IMG/VR virus record: IMGVR_UViG_3300028588_000806
Span: 1 to 37,976 of that record
Strand: one strand, 5' to 3'
Source of the DNA: a virus
Lineage: Duplodnaviria > Caudoviricetes
DNA length: 37,976 nt
Below the pieces are notes generated by a model. That model did no database searches. It was not told the origin of the DNA and saw only the letters and a program-made list of their open reading frames with translations. The translations under genes were made by a program, and so were the position numbers. Below, in pieces: positions 34,190 through 37,976 of the stretch (within the stretch, counting starts at the first letter, position 1; the number at the start of each line of letters is the position of its first letter).

Positions 34190-36390
34190 TGGCAGGGCGA
34201 GACCTTTCCGCTGAACTGTTTGGCGAAACGCCGGCGCCGAAGAAGGCGGGCCGCGACCTGTCGGCCGAGCTGTTCGGCGAAGCGCCACCGCCGCAGCGCG
34301 GCTTCGGCGCACAACTGGGCCACGCGATCGCCGACGTGCCACGCCAGCTTGGCCTGACCGCCCGCTACGGCATCGAGGGCGTCGGTGACGTGCTCGACAC
34401 CGTGTCGTCGCCGATTCGCGCCGGACTGAATGCCATACTGCCCAGCAAGAAGCCTACAGTTTCCGACCTGGTCAGCACGACGGATGCGCGTGTGCGCCCG
34501 GCGATCGAGGGCCGGTCGGGCGAGTCTCTGGCCAACCTGCTGGGCCTGCCGCAGCCGCGCACCTCGACCGAGCGCGTGGTCGGCGATGCCGCGCGCATGC
34601 TGGCCGGTGGCGCCGGAACGCTTGGTGCTGCTGCGAAGGCGGCGCCTTTGCTCACCGGCACATCGCAGAACGTGGCGCGCATGCTGGCGTCGAACCCGGG
34701 TTCGCAACTGGCCTCGGCCGGTGCTGCTGGCCTGGCCGGCGGCTACACGCGCGAGACTGGCGGCGGCGATGCCGCGCAGCTGGTTGCCTCCCTGGCCGCT
34801 GGCGTGGCCGCTCCGGCGGCAATGGGTGGCGCGCAGCGCGCGGCCAGCGCCGTGGCGCGCCGCATGCAGCCGGCAGCGCCGACGCCACAGCAAGCGCAGC
34901 AGATCAACATCACGATCAACAACGCGCTGCAGGATTCCGGCATCACGCTCGAGCAGCTGCCCGCCCAGGTGGCGCAGAGCATCCGCAACGATGTCGCCGC
35001 CGCGTTCCGCACCAGTGACCAGGTATCGCCGGATGCAGTGCGGCGCCTGGCCGACTACCGGCTGACCGGGCTGACGCCGACGGCGGCAGGCCTGACGCTG
35101 GATCCGGCCGTGGTCACCCAGCAGCGCAACCTGGCCAAACTGGGTGTGAACAGCCGTGACACGACGGCGCAGTTCCTGGGGCAGACCGAGAACCGCAACA
35201 ACCAGCAGCTCAAGGCCGGGCTGAACAACCTGGGCGCTGGAACGGCCGACGACGCCTTTGCCGGCGGCGAGCGCATTATCGGCGCGCTCGAGCGCCGCGA
35301 CGAACGTGCGCGAGACCTGATCGGCCGTCTGTACGACCGCGCGCGCGACAGCAGCGGCCGCAGCGCGGAGTTGGATCCGGCTGCGTTCACCCAGCGCGCC
35401 GGCAACCTGCTGCATGAGGCCAACGTCGAATCGTTCCTGACGCCGGATATCCGGAACAAGCTCAACGGCTTCGCCTCGGGTGAGATCCCGTTGACTGTCG
35501 AGATCGCCGAGCAGTTCAAGACGAACATTGGCCGCCTGCAGCGCAGCAGCGCCGACGGCAACGTGCGCTACGCCCTGGGCGCCGTTCGGCAGGCCCTGGA
35601 CGAGACACCGCTCCTGCAGGCGACGGAAACGGCGTCCGGCGCCGCGACGCTGGGCGGCCCGCGCAACGTCGGCCAGGAGGCGATTAATTCGTTCAACCGC
35701 GCGCGCCGCGTGAACCGCATGTACATGGGACTGGTCGAGCGCACGCCGGCACTGCAGGCTGTGCGCGACGGCGTCGAGCCGGACAAGTTCGTGCAGCAGT
35801 TCATTGTGGGAACCGGCGCGAAGGCTAACTTCATGGATGTCGCCCAGCTCAAGAGTTCGATCAAGAGCAACCCGGTGGCGATGAACACGGTGCGGGAGCA
35901 GATCGCCGGCTTCCTCAAACAGCGCGCGTTGAGCGGCCAGGCCGACGAGGTAGGCAACTTCAGCAGCGCGGCCTACACCAAGGCGCTGGACCAGATCGGC
36001 GATCGCAAGCTGCGGCTGTTCTTCCAGCCGGAGGAAATCACGCAGATGAAGGCGCTGGGACGCGTGTCGCGGTACGAGCAGTTCCAGCCGGCGGGCGCCG
36101 CGGTGAACAACTCGAACACGGCGGGCGCGCTCGGCGGCCTGGCTGAACGCATCCTGAGTCAGTCGGTGCTGTCGAAAATTCCGTTCGGCCAGGCCGCGAT
36201 CGGCGACCCGCTGCAGAACATCCAAGTCGGCTTCCAGTCCGGCCGCGCGCTGGACGTGCCGCGCACGCTGGCCGGGCCCCGCGTGCCGGTGCCGGCGGAT
36301 CAGCGTGGACTGCTGCTGTCGCCGGCCGCGTTCATGGATCTTGAGAGTGAGGAGGAACGGCAGCGCCGGCTACTTGCGCCGGGACGCTAA
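34186..36390 (+). CDS. DNA ejection protein 3
   Basis: 734 aa, helical, with Gly/Ala-rich hydrophobic segments, NNSNTA near the C-terminus and a tandem N-terminal repeat. Confidence 0.7.
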   Translation: MMAGRDLSAELFGETPAPKKAGRDLSAELFGEAPPPQRGFGAQLGHAIADVPRQLGLTARYGIEGVGDVLDTVSSPIRAGLNAILPSKKPTVSDLVSTTDARVRPAIEGRSGESLANLLGLPQPRTSTERVVGDAARMLAGGAGTLGAAAKAAPLLTGTSQNVARMLASNPGSQLASAGAAGLAGGYTRETGGGDAAQLVASLAAGVAAPAAMGGAQRAASAVARRMQPAAPTPQQAQQINITINNALQDSGITLEQLPAQVAQSIRNDVAAAFRTSDQVSPDAVRRLADYRLTGLTPTAAGLTLDPAVVTQQRNLAKLGVNSRDTTAQFLGQTENRNNQQLKAGLNNLGAGTADDAFAGGERIIGALERRDERARDLIGRLYDRARDSSGRSAELDPAAFTQRAGNLLHEANVESFLTPDIRNKLNGFASGEIPLTVEIAEQFKTNIGRLQRSSADGNVRYALGAVRQALDETPLLQATETASGAATLGGPRNVGQEAINSFNRARRVNRMYMGLVERTPALQAVRDGVEPDKFVQQFIVGTGAKANFMDVAQLKSSIKSNPVAMNTVREQIAGFLKQRALSGQADEVGNFSSAAYTKALDQIGDRKLRLFFQPEEITQMKALGRVSRYEQFQPAGAAVNNSNTAGALGGLAERILSQSVLSKIPFGQAAIGDPLQNIQVGFQSGRALDVPRTLAGPRVPVPADQRGLLLSPAAFMDLESEEERQRRLLAPGR

Positions 36391-36447
36391 CCAGGCATTG
36401 ATGATGAACGCGAGAGCTGCGCCTAGTTGGATCGGATCGTAGTGCAT
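36370..36447 (-). CDS. 25-aa hydrophobic peptide, Ldr/Fst-like (not in the ORF track)
   Basis: Manual translation MHYDPIQLGAALAFIINAWLASRRK; GGGGTGG just upstream of the ATG; TATAAT at 36477-36472. Confidence 0.55.
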   Translation of the reverse strand: MHYDPIQLGAALAFIINAWLASRRK

Positions 36448-36476
36448 TCGCCACCCCATGTAGTTTCAACAATTAT

Positions 36477-36504
36477 AGGCCACCTCCGGGTGGCCTTTTC
36501 TTTT
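36477..36504 (+). terminator. Terminator between the virion and lysis modules
   Basis: AGGCCACC-TCCG-GGTGGCCT followed by TTTCTTTT. Confidence 0.8.
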
Positions 36505-36518
36505 CCCGAAAGCCCACC

Positions 36519-36878
36519 ATGAACCAATCCCCGCCACCTGGCGGCTTCGACTACGACACCCTGCTGAGCTGGGGCCTGCTGATCGCCATTTCCCTGTGGG
36601 GCGGCTGGGCCAGCTTCGTGCGCAAGATGCGCGAAGGGCATGCCCGCGCCTGGAACATCACCGAGCTTGTCGGCGAACTGTGTGTGTCCGGATTCACCGG
36701 AATCATCACTGCGCACCTGTGCGAAGCTGCTGGCGCCTCGTCGCCGATGAAGTACGCCCTGGTCGGCATCGCCGCCCACATGGGTTCGCGCGCGCTGTTC
36801 AAGTTCGAAGCGCTGCTGAACTCGAAGCTCACCCTGCCCGCAGACGCGCCGCGCAAGGAGGACGACCATGCCGCCTAG
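36519..36878 (+). CDS. Holin (LydA / phage holin 3_3-like)
   Basis: Hydrophobic helices; WGG..SF, ELCVSGFTG and GIAAHMGSRAL motifs; precedes the endolysin. Confidence 0.85.
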   Translation: MNQSPPPGGFDYDTLLSWGLLIAISLWGGWASFVRKMREGHARAWNITELVGELCVSGFTGIITAHLCEAAGASSPMKYALVGIAAHMGSRALFKFEALLNSKLTLPADAPRKEDDHAA

Positions 36879-37329
36879 CGCCTTCATCAACCTGTTGCTG
36901 CCGGCCGCGCAGCGCGTCCACCGCGAACACGGGATCCCGGCGTCGATCACGATTGCCCAGGCCGCGCTCGAATCCGGCTGGGGCGCTCGCGCGCCTGGCA
37001 ACAACCTGTTCGGCATCAAGGCTGACCGCTCTTGGAAAGGCAAGACGGTCGACATCGCCACGCATGAATACGTCGCCGGCAAGCGCGTGAACGTGGTCGA
37101 CAAGTTCCGCGCGTACGCCAGCATCGACGACTGCATTGCCGACCGCGCGCGCTTCCTCAAGGCGAATCCGCGCTACGCCCCGTGCTTCCGCGAAGTCACG
37201 GGCGAGGCCTGGGCCCGGGCGCTCGCCAAGGCCGGCTATGCCACCGACCCACGCTACGCCGAGAACCTGACCGCCGTCATGCACGGTCGCAACATGTCCC
37301 AGTACGACAACCCGAAAGGCAAGCCATGA
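36868..37329 (+). CDS. Endolysin, GH73 glucosaminidase (FlgJ-like)
   Basis: AQAALESGWG, NNLFGIKA, FRAY, NPRY and GYATDPRY motifs. Confidence 0.9.
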   Translation: MPPSAFINLLLPAAQRVHREHGIPASITIAQAALESGWGARAPGNNLFGIKADRSWKGKTVDIATHEYVAGKRVNVVDKFRAYASIDDCIADRARFLKANPRYAPCFREVTGEAWARALAKAGYATDPRYAENLTAVMHGRNMSQYDNPKGKP

Positions 37330-37445
37330 AGAAGATCGCCCTACTCGCTCTGCTGCTGGCCCTGGCCGGCTGCTCGAACCTCGCCCTGCAATGCAGCGGC
37401 ACCTACACCGGCGACGAGGTGCGCAATGGCGCCGCCGGCAAGTAA
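37326..37445 (+). CDS. Small lipoprotein (39 aa) in the lysis cassette
   Basis: MKKIALLALLLALAGC lipobox; ATGA overlap with the endolysin stop. Confidence 0.7.
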   Translation: MKKIALLALLLALAGCSNLALQCSGTYTGDEVRNGAAGK

Positions 37446-37830
37446 GGCGCGGTTCCTGTCGACCCTGCGCACTGACCGTGTCGGCCTGGGCAGTGCCGAT
37501 CGCGTGCTGCTGGGCGTGCTCGCGTTCGAATCGGCGCTGCTCAATCGCGTGGTTATCGTTCCGACCGGCTTCGTGACCGACTTCGCCAGCGTGCCGCGTG
37601 CGCCGTTCACCTACTGGCTGTTCGGCGGCGTGGCCGATGAAGCCGCAGTCGTGCACGATTTCCTGTACGAAAAGGGTCTGGTGGCGCGCGATGTGGCCGA
37701 CGAGGTGTATCTGGAAGCACTGGAGGCCTGCGGCGTGGCGAAGTGGCGGCGCCGCGCCATGTGGGCGGCTGTCCGGACGTTCGGCGGTTCCCGCTACAGC
37801 GGGAATGTGTCACCGGCCGAGGCGGCGTGA
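37426..37830 (+). CDS. DUF1353 domain protein
   Basis: VPTGFVTDFASVPR, AAVVHDFLY, AD..YLEAL and M..AVR.FG motifs. Confidence 0.85.
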   Translation: MAPPASKARFLSTLRTDRVGLGSADRVLLGVLAFESALLNRVVIVPTGFVTDFASVPRAPFTYWLFGGVADEAAVVHDFLYEKGLVARDVADEVYLEALEACGVAKWRRRAMWAAVRTFGGSRYSGNVSPAEAA

Positions 37831-37976
37831 TGGACTTCCATGTCATCACCCCGCGTGGTGCCGAGCTCGTGCTGCGCGTTGTCGACCACCAGGTGGAGAT
37901 CGTCCCGTCGCCGGCGCCGGCCGGGGTCAAGCAGCACCCGGAGGGCCAAGTCGACCGGGCGACAGAGGTCGTGTAG
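37830..37976 (+). CDS. Hypothetical 48-aa protein
   Basis: TGATG coupling to DUF1353; ends with TAG at the last base of the window. Confidence 0.5.
   Translation: MDFHVITPRGAELVLRVVDHQVEIVPSPAPAGVKQHPEGQVDRATEVV

Noticed and set aside
34186-36390. Tape measure protein
   Set aside because: No major tail, sheath or tail chaperone genes; three consecutive Gly/Ala/Gln-rich genes after a nozzle fit podovirus ejection proteins.

Overview
The window holds the 3' part of a host PEP-CTERM gene (1-639), followed by a temperate prophage from about 685 to the window end; its far end is not in view. The host is probably a betaproteobacterium such as Massilia (inferred from the high GC content and the PEP-CTERM gene). 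The prophage is integrated in a tRNA-Pro(GGG) gene: a 47-bp 3' tRNA fragment (att core) lies beside the tyrosine integrase. Gene order is lambdoid: int-xis; a leftward early operon (PAPS-reductase/DndC-like protein, YqaJ exonuclease, RecT); cI/cro with readable operators; Dam-type methylase; O/P-like replication genes; RuvC-like resolvase; HslV-like Ntn hydrolase; Q-like antiterminator. A P22-like podovirus module follows (terminases, portal, scaffold, capsid, adaptor, tail fibre, nozzle, three ejection proteins, no tape measure), then lysis genes. The most notable observations are: (i) two structured non-coding leaders 8.4 kb apart that share a 24-25-nt hairpin motif; (ii) an uncalled 25-aa Ldr/Fst-like peptide gene antisense to the last ejection gene; (iii) two low-GC morons, a TM+HEPN protein and a DUF2971-like protein flanked by a degenerate duplication of the late promoter; (iv) an orphan proteasome-beta-like enzyme; (v) an orphan DndC-like enzyme; (vi) a fibre-repeat protein with an export signal in the head cluster. 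All family calls come from motif recognition by eye; no searches were run.
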